Below are positions 1 to 9,716 of a stretch of 64,000 nucleotides of DNA, piece by piece. The position numbers were made by a program, and so were the translations under genes. Origin of the DNA: an uncultured Spirochaetales bacterium (lineage in GTDB: Bacteria; Spirochaetota; Spirochaetia; CAZAKE01); NCBI GenBank assembly GCA_964485495.1, contig CAZAKE010000004.1:4190-68189 (forward strand). The letters run 5' to 3'. Below the pieces are notes generated by a model, which ran no database searches, was not told where the DNA came from, and was given only the letters and a program-made list of their open reading frames with translations. Within the stretch, counting starts at the first letter, position 1; each line of letters opens with the position of its first letter.

Positions 1-857
1 CGATGCCTATCATGGGCTCTCCGAGATCGGTGGAAACTTCCGCCAACTTCTCCGGGTCGTCGTAGTAGGTCACGGCCTGCACGATGGCCTTCGCCCGTTT
101 CGCCGGGTCTCCGGATTTGAATATGCCGGAGCCGACGAAGATCGATTCGGCGCCGAGTTGCATCATGAGGGATGCGTCGGCCGGAGTCGCGACACCGCCG
201 GCGGAGAAGTTCGGCACGGGAAGTTTTCCGGTCCGGGCGACCTCGAGTACCAGGTCATAGGGGGCTCCGAGGTCTTTGGCTCTGGACATCAGCTCCTCTT
301 CGGGCAGTGCGCCGAGTTCCCGGATACCGTCCATGACGGTGCGCATATGCCGTACCGCTTCGATAATGTCTCCGGTACCGGCCTCGCCCTTGGTCCGGAT
401 CATGGCGGCGCCTTCGCCGATCCTCCGTAGGGCCTCGCCCAGGTCCCTGCAGCCGCATACGAATGGGACCTTGAATAGCCCCTTATTCACGTGGAAGCGG
501 TCATCGGCAGGAGTAAGCACTTCACTCTCGTCGATGAAATCGACTCCCAACGCCTCGAGGATCTGAGCCTCGGCGAAATGGCCGATCCGACATTTCGCCA
601 TCACGGGAATACTCACGGATTCCTGGATCGCCGAGATAATCTTGGGGTCCGACATTCGGGCGACACCCCCGTCGGCGCGGATATCTGCGGGGACACGCTC
701 GAGTGCCATGACAGCGACCGCGCCGGCATCTTCGGCGATCGTCGCATGTTCGGGTGTCACCACGTCCATGATGACACCGCCTTTTAACATCTCGGCCAAT
801 CCGACCTTGGTACGCCAGGTGGATTCCTGCCGTTGTGACCATAAACTCGTATTCATA
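1..857 (-). CDS. pdxS: Pyridoxal 5'-phosphate synthase lyase subunit PdxS; the C-terminal end runs off the left edge of the window
   Basis: Translating the reverse complement gives [68 protein letters not shown]...[33 protein letters not shown]...[15 protein letters not shown]...[12 protein letters not shown]...[44 protein letters not shown]. These are SNZ/PdxS hallmark motifs and align closely with Bacillus PdxS. The ORF is missing from the six-frame track because it has no stop inside the window. ATG is at 857 on the - strand. Confidence 0.85.
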
Positions 858-959
858 CCGAATAAAAGTATGTGGAACGACGCGGAAAGTCAAGTACGTT
901 CCCGCAATTCGAATTCGTGCACTTCCTTAATTCGATTCGTTCATGATACCATTTATTAC

Positions 960-1676
960 ATGAGTGATAATGCGCGGAGGCCGACTCCGAACGACGGTAT
1001 CTCGGAACGATATGAACGGCTGAAGAGCAGGGTGGCGGCGTCGGCGGCACGGGCCGGCAGAAATGCCGATGAAGTTCGGATCATGGCCGTTACCAAGACG
1101 CATCCGGTTGAGACGCTCAAGGCTGCGATCGATACGGGGATACGGCTGTTCGGAGAGAATAGGGCCGACGAATTGTTGGGTAAATTCGAACGAAAGACCG
1201 AAGGGGTAGAGATCCATATGATCGGGCACCTGCAGCGCAACAAGGCCCGGATGATTGCCCACGTTGCCGATTGCGTTCAATCTATCGACAAGTATTCAAC
1301 GGCGGCCGCATTGGAGAAGGCGTGTTCGGAAAACGGGCATACGATGCCCATTCTCCTCGAGTACAACACGTCGGGCGAGGCGAGTAAGTATGGGTTTTCT
1401 TCAATAGAAGCCTCTCTCGAAGATATCGAACGGATATGCGCGTTACGGTATGTCGAGATCAAGGGCGTGATGACCATCGCTCCGTTTACCGATGATACCA
1501 AACCGATCCGGGAATCATTTCGTGCGCTCCGCGGGATATACGAGGTACTCGAGGAACGATTCTCGCTTGGAATGGATACGATCTCAATGGGAATGACGAA
1601 TGACTTCGAGATAGCGGTCGAAGAGGGGAGTACCCTCATCAGAGTAGGATCCTTCCTCTTCGGTCCCAGGAGTTGA
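960..1676 (+). CDS. yggS: PLP-binding homeostasis protein, YggS/UPF0001 family (alanine-racemase N-terminal fold)
   Basis: This is the C-terminal 239 residues of track ORF 642..1676. MSDNARRP...RIMAVTKTHPVETLKAAIDTGIRLFGENRADEL...IHMIGHLQRNKAR...GVMTIAPF matches the YggS pattern (AVSKT, FGENR, IGHLQSNK). The in-frame upstream extension is low-complexity and lies antisense to pdxS. Confidence 0.75.
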   Translation: MSDNARRPTPNDGISERYERLKSRVAASAARAGRNADEVRIMAVTKTHPVETLKAAIDTGIRLFGENRADELLGKFERKTEGVEIHMIGHLQRNKARMIAHVADCVQSIDKYSTAAALEKACSENGHTMPILLEYNTSGEASKYGFSSIEASLEDIERICALRYVEIKGVMTIAPFTDDTKPIRESFRALRGIYEVLEERFSLGMDTISMGMTNDFEIAVEEGSTLIRVGSFLFGPRS

Positions 1677-1684
1677 ACGGGTAC

Positions 1685-2113
1685 ATGACGCGGACGCATC
1701 TTTTTTTAATATTTATTCCTGCATGTATGATTTTCTGCATGCCGCTATCGGCAAAAGAACTGCGCGACCTCCCCGAGGCGGAGCCGTACGGTGAGAACGA
1801 GTTCCCGGAATGGCTCAGCGGCATTCGAAGAGCGGAGATAATCGCCGTCGGCGTTTTCCCCTTTGCTTTTTTTGCCTCGAGACTCACCTATGGAATCATC
1901 AGGTATGGGGTGAACGACTTTCAGCAGGAGTACATACCCGAATTAGTGAATCCTGGTCCTGCGGTGCCGTTGGAGCGAGCGGAGAAGATCGGAGTCGTCC
2001 TTGCAGGCGTCGGCCTTTCGTTATCGGTCGCGCTGATCGATTTTATCATACTCTCGGTACGGGAGAAACGCGCAGAGAGCGATGAGAACACCCCGGTGGT
2101 CGGATCGGAATGA
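1685..2113 (+). CDS. Hypothetical small membrane protein with a signal or TM segment and two further TM segments
   Basis: Track ORF 1673..2113; TTG at 1673 or ATG at 1685. The protein has a hydrophobic N-terminus (LFLIFIPACMIFCMPL) and later hydrophobic helices (IIAVGVFPFAFFA, VVLAGVGLSLSVALIDFIIL). Its start overlaps the yggS stop, suggesting it may be translationally coupled to yggS. Confidence 0.45.
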   Translation: MTRTHLFLIFIPACMIFCMPLSAKELRDLPEAEPYGENEFPEWLSGIRRAEIIAVGVFPFAFFASRLTYGIIRYGVNDFQQEYIPELVNPGPAVPLERAEKIGVVLAGVGLSLSVALIDFIILSVREKRAESDENTPVVGSE

Positions 2114-3042
2114 AGGCGGTGTCACTCACGGTGACCGAGGTTGGGTCGGATGGGATCAGGCTCGATACGTACGTCACCGACCATGGTGACGGACTCACGA
2201 GAAGTCAACTCAAGGCACGCGCACGACAGATATGCGTGAACGGCGCTGAAGCGAAGCTCTCGAAACGGGTCTTCACCGGTGATCGAATCGAGATAGAGTA
2301 CGCAGAACAGGTATCGGCCGACCTGGAATCGGTCGCCATGGACCTCGATATCATATTCGAGAATCGGGATGTTATCGTGGTGAATAAGCCGCAAGGATTG
2401 GTCGTGCATCCTGCCGCCGGGAATCCGACGGGAACCTTGGTGAACGGGTTGATACATCACTGTGAATCGCTGCGGCGTGAGTTTTCCGGCGAGTTGGATG
2501 ACGAGAGGCCTCGGCCGGGAATCGTTCACCGGCTTGATAAGGACACATCGGGGGTCATCATCGTCGCGAAGCATCCCTACGCTCGGGATTTCCTGGCATC
2601 ACAATTCAGGAGACGCAAGACGAGAAAGACCTATCTCGCAATCACGCGGGGTATCCCGATTCCACCGGTAGGTGAGATCCGGGGGTGGATCGATCGTGAC
2701 CGCAGAGACCGGAAGAAGTTCACTGTTACGGAAGGGCATGGGAAGCGTGCGGTTACCGGATACAGGATGATCCGCAGGAAAGACGGGCATGCATTGGTGG
2801 AGTTGCATCCGGTCACCGGTAGAACCCATCAGCTCAGGGTCCACATGCGCTCGATACAAACACCGATCCTGGGAGACCCGACCTATTCGAACCACGATCC
2901 GGCGTACCCGGATGCCGCACTGATGTTGCATGCCTACAGACTTTCGATACGCATTCCCGGTGAGGAAACGGCACGTACCTTTCGAGCTCCCATTCCCGAT
3001 CGAATGAAGCACATTCTGCGGTCGTGGCGCAAAAAAGAGTGA
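2110..3042 (+). CDS. rluD: RluA-family 23S rRNA pseudouridine synthase (RluD-like)
   Basis: It carries the catalytic motif HRLDKDTSGVIIVAK and an N-terminal S4-like segment, and its 310-residue length fits RluD. It overlaps the upstream stop by 4 nt. Confidence 0.75.
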   Translation: MKAVSLTVTEVGSDGIRLDTYVTDHGDGLTRSQLKARARQICVNGAEAKLSKRVFTGDRIEIEYAEQVSADLESVAMDLDIIFENRDVIVVNKPQGLVVHPAAGNPTGTLVNGLIHHCESLRREFSGELDDERPRPGIVHRLDKDTSGVIIVAKHPYARDFLASQFRRRKTRKTYLAITRGIPIPPVGEIRGWIDRDRRDRKKFTVTEGHGKRAVTGYRMIRRKDGHALVELHPVTGRTHQLRVHMRSIQTPILGDPTYSNHDPAYPDAALMLHAYRLSIRIPGEETARTFRAPIPDRMKHILRSWRKKE

Positions 3043-3099
3043 CAACCGCCGATCGAACTACCGGGCGTACCGGTGTAGCGGTGCCGGCGCGCTCGCACG

Positions 3100-3711
3100 C
3101 TACGGTGAGAAGGGGATGTATTTTTTCTTCGGCTCGGGGAAGGAGTACTCTCGATTGAGATCCGGATTGTACCTCATCTCCGCCTCGAGGGTACTCGGTG
3201 GGCCGTGTCCGGGAAAGACGAGATGCCCCGGGCCGAGAGAGAAGAGCCGTTCCTTGATTGAATCCGCCAGGAGTGCCTGGGCATATATGTGGGGGGTCTT
3301 GCCGATGCGTCCAGCTTCCAGGCAGTCCCCGGTAAACAGCATCATGCCGATCTTGTAAACGGCGGAATCGCTGGAGTGGCCGGGCAACCCGATGACTCTC
3401 ACCGGGAACCCGGAGGCCGAAAACTCTTCACCGTCTACCACCTTGTGGCAGTCATGTTCGCAGACCGTCCGGGACATCCCGTAGAGCATTGCGTCGTACA
3501 CCTTGAGTATCGTCCTGACACCGCGTACGTGTGCCTCATGGGCGTGGGTGATCAAAATCGAGGAGATCGTATACCCGTTGGACTCGATGAGCTGCAGCAG
3601 CGGCACATCCAGCTTTCCCGGGTCTATGAGGATGGCCTCACCGCCTTCCTCCGGACCGATGAGATAGGTGTTCGAGAACCCTTCCACCGAAAAATGAAAA
3701 AAAACCTTCAT
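3100..3711 (-). CDS. MBL-fold metallo-hydrolase
   Basis: The 203-residue product has a His-rich metal motif ILITHAHEAHVRG and later H/D residues (GLPGHSSDS, FPGHGP), typical of the metallo-beta-lactamase / glyoxalase-II fold. Confidence 0.6.
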   Translation of the reverse strand: MKVFFHFSVEGFSNTYLIGPEEGGEAILIDPGKLDVPLLQLIESNGYTISSILITHAHEAHVRGVRTILKVYDAMLYGMSRTVCEHDCHKVVDGEEFSASGFPVRVIGLPGHSSDSAVYKIGMMLFTGDCLEAGRIGKTPHIYAQALLADSIKERLFSLGPGHLVFPGHGPPSTLEAEMRYNPDLNREYSFPEPKKKYIPFSP

Positions 3712-3715
3712 CGTA

Positions 3716-4294
3716 CTAAAAAATCGCCTCTTCGTAGTTTGAGTACTTGAAACTCACGTCGTTGCGAACCGATTGCGAGAAGTTTACCCGCTTCAGATTG
3801 CAGTCGATATAGCTGGTCTTCTCGAGATGTGCCGAGATAAAATGTGAATAATAGAGGTCTGAGTCGTTGAAGGTAGACCCCCGGGACTGAACTCCGTTGA
3901 AGTTGGTGTGCAGGATGTCGGAACCGGAAAAATCGCACCCATGAAAGGTGCTCCCGGCAAAAACTGCGTATTTCATGTCCGAATTCCGGAATGTACAACC
4001 CTCGAAATGCGCATCGTCGAAGAAGCATAACCTGAGATAGACCGAGTCGAAATCGACGTTTACGAAGGCGCATCTGCTGAAACTGCACACATGGTAAATA
4101 TGGCGTGTTACCGAAAGGTTCGAGAATGTCACATGATTCAAGCAGAGGTCTTTACTGCTCTCTTCGCCGATGAGTAGATTCACCGCATATGCGTAGGCCG
4201 CATCCGTGTCTCCGGCGTGTTCGAAGCAGGTTTTCCTACCGCTCATAGCGGGTTTTTCGCACCCATCGACGGAACAGGGGACAATAATGAACAT
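3716..4294 (-). CDS. Pentapeptide-repeat protein (McbG/Qnr-like) with an N-terminal Cys/His cluster
   Basis: Tandem A(D/N)LxX-type pentapeptides run through most of the protein (CSFSRCAFVNVDFDSVYLRLCFFDDAHFEGCTFRNSDMKYAVFAGSTFHGCDFSGSDILHTNFNGVQSRGSTFNDSDL...). The N-terminus is CSVDGCEKPAMSGRKTCFEH. In Treponema pallidum, a pentapeptide (mcbG-like) gene also lies next to murI, as far as I recall. Confidence 0.7.
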   Translation of the reverse strand: MFIIVPCSVDGCEKPAMSGRKTCFEHAGDTDAAYAYAVNLLIGEESSKDLCLNHVTFSNLSVTRHIYHVCSFSRCAFVNVDFDSVYLRLCFFDDAHFEGCTFRNSDMKYAVFAGSTFHGCDFSGSDILHTNFNGVQSRGSTFNDSDLYYSHFISAHLEKTSYIDCNLKRVNFSQSVRNDVSFKYSNYEEAIF

Positions 4295-4456
4295 CTCTCG
4301 GCACTCCTCCCCCTTCGGAACTCATGGACGACTACTCCCGTGTTCGAATGCGGGATCCGTATGTATTCAACTCTAACTATCCGATAGCGATTGTCAAGCT
4401 GTTCGTGAGATGAATCTTCCGTTGCGAACAATCGGAAAAGAGTATACAATTCCGCC

Positions 4457-4738
4457 ATGCGATGTCACTTCTGTGGGGCCGATAGCGGTGATGGGAAGAT
4501 CTACAGAAACTCACTGTGCGAATCCTGCGGCAGGGAGCTCAAGATCTGCCGGAATTGCCGCTTTTACGAACCGGGTGCTCAATGGGATTGCAGAGAGACC
4601 ATCAATGAGCCGGTCCGCGACAAGGAAGCGGCGAATTTCTGTGATTATTTCGTTCCGTCCGATGATTCCCCCGGCGGCACGGTGGATCCGAAAAAGAACA
4701 ATGCTCGAGAAAACTTCGAAAACCTCTTCGGCACATGA
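4457..4738 (+). CDS. Small Cys-rich zinc-ribbon protein of unknown function
   Basis: The 93-residue product has eight Cys arranged as CxxC-x14-CxxC-x6-CxxC-x10-C-x16-C. The alternative frame 4410..4757, which is the N-terminal extension of the murI ORF, translates to low-complexity sequence, so this frame is preferred. It ends 20 nt before the murI ATG. Confidence 0.5.
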   Translation: MRCHFCGADSGDGKIYRNSLCESCGRELKICRNCRFYEPGAQWDCRETINEPVRDKEAANFCDYFVPSDDSPGGTVDPKKNNARENFENLFGT

Positions 4739-4757
4739 TACCTCCGATCCGCCGGTA

Positions 4758-5651
4758 ATGGTCGATAAACCGGTCGTGTTCTACGATTCCGGAGTCGGCG
4801 GACTCCCATATCTGGCATGGGTTCGCGGAAGACTGCCGGGTGCATCGTTCGTCTATGTCGCCGATACTGTTAATTTCCCACTCGGTGAGAAGCCGATAGA
4901 AGAAGTCAAACGACGCGTCGTCGAGACGATCGAGCGGATCATAGGACTCTTCGATCCCGTGCTAATCGTCATCGCCTGCAACACCGCCAGCGTCACCACC
5001 CTCTCGACTCTGCGATCGAAGTTTCCCGTTCCCTTCGTCGGGGTAGTGCCGGCCATCAAGCCGGCAGCGACCAACTCCGTTTACCGCCGAATCGGGCTCC
5101 TCGCGACCTCCCGGACCGTCGCCGATCTCTACACCGAGAACCTGATCGAGATGTTTGCCGCCGGCTGTACCGTCGTCAGGCAGGCCGAGGGTCATCTGGT
5201 TGAGTTCGTGGAATGTAGGTATCTGCACTCTTCGCTCGATGAACGGATGCGGATCATCACTCCCCTGGCTAAACATTTCAAAGAGGAGAGAGTCGATTCC
5301 GTGGTACTCGGATGTACGCATTTCCTGTTTTTGAAAGAAGAATTGGCACGGGCTCTCGGGCCGGAGATACGGATCATAGATTCGGTGGAGGGTGTCGGTC
5401 GGCAAACCATCCGCCTACTACGGGATTGGTATACAGAATCCCGTACGCGGTACTGTCGCCGCGCCGGCAAGCAACCGGATCACACGGCTACGATATCGAT
5501 CGGTCGATTCTTCCACACCGGACCGATTTGCGAGGACCGAAATGACCTCAATGCATTTGCAGAGCGATTCGGTCTCGAATATGCCGGAATTCCTGCAGGA
5601 TCGGCCGCTCCTATTCTCCGAAGAGAGCGGCTGCGGAGACACCACACATGA
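4758..5651 (+). CDS. murI: Glutamate racemase
   Basis: This is the internal start of track ORF 4410..5651. MVDKPVVFYDSGVGGLPYL...IVIACNTAS...VLGCTHF contains the two catalytic Cys motifs of MurI. The C-terminal ~70 residues are atypical. Confidence 0.75.
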   Translation: MVDKPVVFYDSGVGGLPYLAWVRGRLPGASFVYVADTVNFPLGEKPIEEVKRRVVETIERIIGLFDPVLIVIACNTASVTTLSTLRSKFPVPFVGVVPAIKPAATNSVYRRIGLLATSRTVADLYTENLIEMFAAGCTVVRQAEGHLVEFVECRYLHSSLDERMRIITPLAKHFKEERVDSVVLGCTHFLFLKEELARALGPEIRIIDSVEGVGRQTIRLLRDWYTESRTRYCRRAGKQPDHTATISIGRFFHTGPICEDRNDLNAFAERFGLEYAGIPAGSAAPILRRERLRRHHT

Positions 5652-6583
5652 CGACAGCTGTGGGAACGGTCTACTATGGGATCAATAACATCTATACCGT
5701 TCGAATGGATGATCATTCCGATCAGGAACTCGAATGTCGTATAAAGGGGAAGGTCCTGGAGATCGAGGGAGATGCATATAATCCGATCGCCCCGGGCGAC
5801 CGGGTGGAGATCGAGACCGCTCCGGACCTCCCCGGACGGGGTATGATCCTGCGAAGGCTCGATCGTAGGAACGCCTTCAGACGGTGGAACCGGAAGCGCA
5901 ACGCGCCGCAGACCGTTTGCGTAAACGTGGATCGGATTGTATGTGTGACGACGCCGCGGAACCCGCCCTTTCGCCCCAGGTTCATCGATCGGGTGTTGGT
6001 TTCGGCGGCTCCCGATATTCCGGTTCATCTATTGGTGAATAAGGTCGATCTCGAATTGGACCAATCCACCGGAGAACGGCTGGAGGATTACCTTCGAATT
6101 GGGTATTCATACGATTTCTGTTCGGCACGTACGGGTGAGGGGATCGAGAGCCTTCGGACCCTGCTTTCCGGACGGAGGACCGCATTCGTCGGACAATCGG
6201 GGGTCGGAAAGTCGTCGGTACTGAATCGACTCTATCCGGAACTCGGTCTTCGGGAGGGGGAAATATCTCTGAAACATGATCGGGGCCGCCACACGACTAA
6301 CTATGCCGTGATGATCGATGTCGAAGGTGCCACCATTATCGATACCCCGGGCATCCGGGAGATCGAGGTGTGTGGCATCGAACCGGAGGACCTGTGGTCA
6401 TATTTTCCGGAGATCGCCGAACTCTCGACGGGGTGTGCCTTCTCGCAGTGTCTGCATATGGGCGAACCGGATTGTGCGGTACGGTCCGGCCTAAAGCAGG
6501 GGAGAATTCATCCCGACCGGTATGAGAGTTATGCACGATTATTGGAAGATCTCAGGAGCAGGAATGAATACGCATACATGTGA
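5648..6583 (+). CDS. rsgA: Ribosome small-subunit-dependent GTPase A
   Basis: It has the circularly permuted GTPase layout: LLVNKVDL precedes AFVGQSGVGKSSVLNRL, and the C-terminal Zn knuckle CAFSQCLHMGEPDCAV is present. It overlaps the murI stop. Confidence 0.8.
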   Translation: MTTAVGTVYYGINNIYTVRMDDHSDQELECRIKGKVLEIEGDAYNPIAPGDRVEIETAPDLPGRGMILRRLDRRNAFRRWNRKRNAPQTVCVNVDRIVCVTTPRNPPFRPRFIDRVLVSAAPDIPVHLLVNKVDLELDQSTGERLEDYLRIGYSYDFCSARTGEGIESLRTLLSGRRTAFVGQSGVGKSSVLNRLYPELGLREGEISLKHDRGRHTTNYAVMIDVEGATIIDTPGIREIEVCGIEPEDLWSYFPEIAELSTGCAFSQCLHMGEPDCAVRSGLKQGRIHPDRYESYARLLEDLRSRNEYAYM

Positions 6584-8972
6584 GATCCTCCAGTTCGAAC
6601 GTATTCTCCAAGAACTCGCGGATCGGACCATGAGTGAGGACGGCCGGCGGACTCTGGCCGATTTTGGTTTCCTCACTGAACCGGAGCCCTACAACAGGCA
6701 CATGACCCGTGTCCGATTCTGCCGCACCTTGCTCGAGGGGGAGAGAGATCTTCCGGATACCGATTTCCCCTCCCTCGCCTCCTCGGTCGAAACGCTCGCA
6801 GTGGACGGAACGGTGCTCGAGGGGATGGAGTTGTCAGGCGTCGCCCGGTATATTCGATCGGCCGGCGCGTTACGAAGGTGTATCACCGGAGGCGTCGATG
6901 CAGCGAACCCGTTGAAGGAGGAGACCGACGGACTGCCCGATCTGGACTCTGTCCGTCGCACCATCGAGGGAAAGGTGGAGCCCACGGGCGAGTTGCGGGC
7001 GGAGAAGATTCCCGAACTCGCAACCCTCGCGAGGAAGACCCAGCGGATCCACGGCGATATCCTCTCTACGGCGGAGCGGTATATCCGAGAGAACCGTTCG
7101 ATCCTGCGAACGGATGTCCCGACCCAGAAGGATGGACGAACGGTCCTGCCGCTGAACGCCGATTATCGCGGGCGAATCGACGGCATCGTCCACGATGTCT
7201 CGGGTTCGGGACAAACTCTCTTCATCGAGCCGGCGGAGATACTGCAGAAAAACAACGAACTATCGTTCCTGCAGGGGGAATACCGCAGGGTAGAGACGAA
7301 AATTTTGCGGGAATTGACCGGCGTGGTGAGAGAACACCTGCAGGAGATCCGCAGCATGGTACACATCGTCGGATACCTGGACTCGTTGTTCGCCCGTGCC
7401 CGATTCGCCGCGCGATACGCATGCGTGCCGGTAGAGTGCCCGTCCGACAGGATCGAGCTGAAGGAAGCCCGGCATCCGCTATTGGGCGAGACCTGCGTAC
7501 CGGTGAACATCGGCGTGTCGAAGCAGGTACTGATTATCTCCGGTCCGAACACCGGCGGAAAGACCGTTACCCTGAAGACCGTGGGGCTCCTCGGCTTAAT
7601 GAACCAGTTCGGGATGGAGCTTCCCGTGGCCGAGGGCTCCGCTCTTCCCCTCTTCGACGATATCCGGGTCGAGATCGGCGACGAACAGTCCATCGACACC
7701 TCCCTTTCGACGTATTCGGCACGGATGAGGTCGATAGTGGATATCCTGAACAGCAGTTCCGACAACTCCCTGGTTCTCGTGGATGAGTTGGGCAGCGGAA
7801 CGGATCCCGAGGAGGGGGCTGCGGTGGCCATGGCTATACTCGATCATATCATCGAAACCGGCAGGCGGATCATCGCCACGACCCATCACGGGGTACTGAA
7901 GCAGTATGCATTCGGTCATCCATCCGCCGAAAATAGTGCCGTGGAATTCGATGAGCAGACCCACGCGCCTACCTACCGGCTTATTCCGGGGGTCCCCGGC
8001 GAGAGTCACGCCATCGAAATTGCGGAACGCTATGGAATGCCGGCGCCGATCCTGCGTGCGGCGCGAAAATACGTTCGGCAGGGATTGACGGAGGTTGGGG
8101 CCGTAATCCGCGAGCTTGGCCGCAAGAGCCGGGAGCTCGATGCGAAACTGAAGTCCGTCGGCGAGAGGGAGGAGCGGATCGGTCGGCTGGAGGCGGAGCT
8201 GGAGGAGCGAGAGCGTGATGTGACGGAGCGGGAGTTGGCCCTGAGAAGGGAGGGGTACGCGCTCTCCAAGGAGTTCGTCTCCCAAGGCAGGAAACAACTC
8301 GAGAATCTCATCAGGAAGGTGCAAGAGGAGGCGGGCGACGAAACTCGCCTTCAGAAGTCGACGATCAGAGAGGCCAAGAGTTATCTCGAAACAATTACCG
8401 GGACGCTGGAGAGTGAGCAGGACGCCATAGAGGAGCTGGAAAAGGAGCTGTCGGAACCCATAGAAACGCCGATCGAACCGGGAATGGAGGTGGCCGTCGG
8501 CGAGAACAGGAGAACCGGGACGGTAATCAGGAGGGGGAAGGGAGATGCATGGCTCGTGCGGGTGGGTAGTATGAAACTCGAATTTCCGGAACGGCAGATT
8601 TACCCCGTGGAGGAGGGATCCGGCGGCGGCCGGGGAAACGGAAAATCGGCAGAACACACCGGTACCGCAGGGAAGGTTCGGGTTTCAATCGAGGACGCCG
8701 GGGCCGGATCGAGACCGAAGACGGAGTTGGATGTACGGGGGCTTCGGCTCCATGAGGCCCTCGATCGAGTCGGCAGGCAGATGGATGCCGCCCTGATGCA
8801 TGGGCTGTCCCGTTTTTTTGTCATTCATGGTATGGGTGACGGGATCTTGCAGCAGGGGATCCATGAGTATCTGGGCGAGAATCCCCATGTCTCGGGATAT
8901 GCATTCTCGAGGCCCGAACAAGGCGGAACCGGCCGAACCGTTGTGGATTTGAATTCGGGCGTCGGAGGATGA
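6564..8972 (+). CDS. mutS2: Endonuclease MutS2 (MutS domain plus C-terminal Smr domain)
   Basis: It carries the Walker A motif ISGPNTGGKTVTLKTVGL and LVLVDELGSGTDPEEG, a long coiled-coil linker, and a C-terminal Smr domain (LDVRGLRLHEALDRV...FFVIHGMGDGILQQGIHEYL). I chose the Met at 6564 (MNTHTCEILQFERIL) within track ORF 6522..8972. Confidence 0.8.
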   Translation: MNTHTCEILQFERILQELADRTMSEDGRRTLADFGFLTEPEPYNRHMTRVRFCRTLLEGERDLPDTDFPSLASSVETLAVDGTVLEGMELSGVARYIRSAGALRRCITGGVDAANPLKEETDGLPDLDSVRRTIEGKVEPTGELRAEKIPELATLARKTQRIHGDILSTAERYIRENRSILRTDVPTQKDGRTVLPLNADYRGRIDGIVHDVSGSGQTLFIEPAEILQKNNELSFLQGEYRRVETKILRELTGVVREHLQEIRSMVHIVGYLDSLFARARFAARYACVPVECPSDRIELKEARHPLLGETCVPVNIGVSKQVLIISGPNTGGKTVTLKTVGLLGLMNQFGMELPVAEGSALPLFDDIRVEIGDEQSIDTSLSTYSARMRSIVDILNSSSDNSLVLVDELGSGTDPEEGAAVAMAILDHIIETGRRIIATTHHGVLKQYAFGHPSAENSAVEFDEQTHAPTYRLIPGVPGESHAIEIAERYGMPAPILRAARKYVRQGLTEVGAVIRELGRKSRELDAKLKSVGEREERIGRLEAELEERERDVTERELALRREGYALSKEFVSQGRKQLENLIRKVQEEAGDETRLQKSTIREAKSYLETITGTLESEQDAIEELEKELSEPIETPIEPGMEVAVGENRRTGTVIRRGKGDAWLVRVGSMKLEFPERQIYPVEEGSGGGRGNGKSAEHTGTAGKVRVSIEDAGAGSRPKTELDVRGLRLHEALDRVGRQMDAALMHGLSRFFVIHGMGDGILQQGIHEYLGENPHVSGYAFSRPEQGGTGRTVVDLNSGVGG

Positions 8973-8987
8973 GGGAGATTAGTAGAA

Positions 8988-9239
8988 ATGGGAATTGTCG
9001 ATACATTCTTGTATCTCATCACCAGATGGGAGTTCGTCGCGGTGACGGCCGGACTGCTGTTCATGCTGCCGGTGGTGTTTTCGATCGCCTCCATGGATAA
9101 GAAGTCTTCCAGGCCCTCTGCCGCAAGGCGACCCGTTGGCGGCCGGGTGACCGGATCCCCCGAGCCTACGGCGGGATCGATGGATGATGACGACTCCGCG
9201 GATTCAGATGATGATGTTGGTTTCGATGAAGAAGATTGA
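8988..9239 (+). CDS. Hypothetical small protein with an N-terminal TM helix and a poly-Asp C-terminal tail
   Basis: There is a GGAGG-like RBS upstream. The product has the TM segment FVAVTAGLLFMLPVVFSIA followed by an acidic tail DDDDSADSDDDVGFDEED. Confidence 0.4.
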   Translation: MGIVDTFLYLITRWEFVAVTAGLLFMLPVVFSIASMDKKSSRPSAARRPVGGRVTGSPEPTAGSMDDDDSADSDDDVGFDEED

Positions 9240-9667
9240 GCACCCGCGGCATACGGGGGGAGGCGGCTATGTATCATCCGAAACTCGTTCAGTGGGAACG
9301 ACGGCTCAAGAAGATGTTCGATCGCATAGACGATTATCTCGAAGATACATACGGTTCCCGGTATCCTCTCCACCCGAATAGGCCGGAACGGGGCACGACG
9401 GCGAGTAAAGAGCACGATGGGCTATTCAACGTCGGTGCCACGTTCTCGGCGGGATACGGCTCGAAGTTTGGCCGTGGGTATGTGATAGAGGTCGACATGG
9501 TGACGCTGGCACACATACCCGACAGGATCGAGGAGGAGATCATGCAGGAGGTACTGCAGATGGTTGATCGGCTTCTCGCGGAACACTTTCCAGAGCGGGA
9601 GTTGCATGTCGATAGAGACAGAAACGCCCTGAAGATCTATGGAGAGTTCTCCCTCGGATCCGTGTAG
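9236..9667 (+). CDS. Hypothetical protein
   Basis: The 143-residue ORF (alternative start at the MYHPK Met, ~9269) has no motif I recognise. It sits directly upstream of the V-ATPase operon and may be co-transcribed with it. Confidence 0.4.
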   Translation: MSTRGIRGEAAMYHPKLVQWERRLKKMFDRIDDYLEDTYGSRYPLHPNRPERGTTASKEHDGLFNVGATFSAGYGSKFGRGYVIEVDMVTLAHIPDRIEEEIMQEVLQMVDRLLAEHFPERELHVDRDRNALKIYGEFSLGSV

Positions 9668-9716
9668 AGGAAGATGATATACAAACGCTCCGAAATCCGG
9701 CTAATAGAGAGTATAG

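Noticed and set aside
642-959. Upstream extension of the yggS ORF
   Set aside because: It overlaps the pdxS start region on the opposite strand, and YggS homology starts near 960.
4410-4757. N-terminal extension of the murI ORF
   Set aside because: The translation has no MurI similarity and is low-complexity. The overlapping Zn-ribbon frame and the canonical murI start at 4758 with MVDKPVVFYDSGVGG are preferred.
7596-8657. 353-residue - strand ORF and 302-residue alternate + frame (6878..7786) within mutS2
   Set aside because: Both overlap the MutS2 reading frame, which carries the Walker A/B and Smr motifs. The alternate frames are Arg/Pro/Gly-rich.
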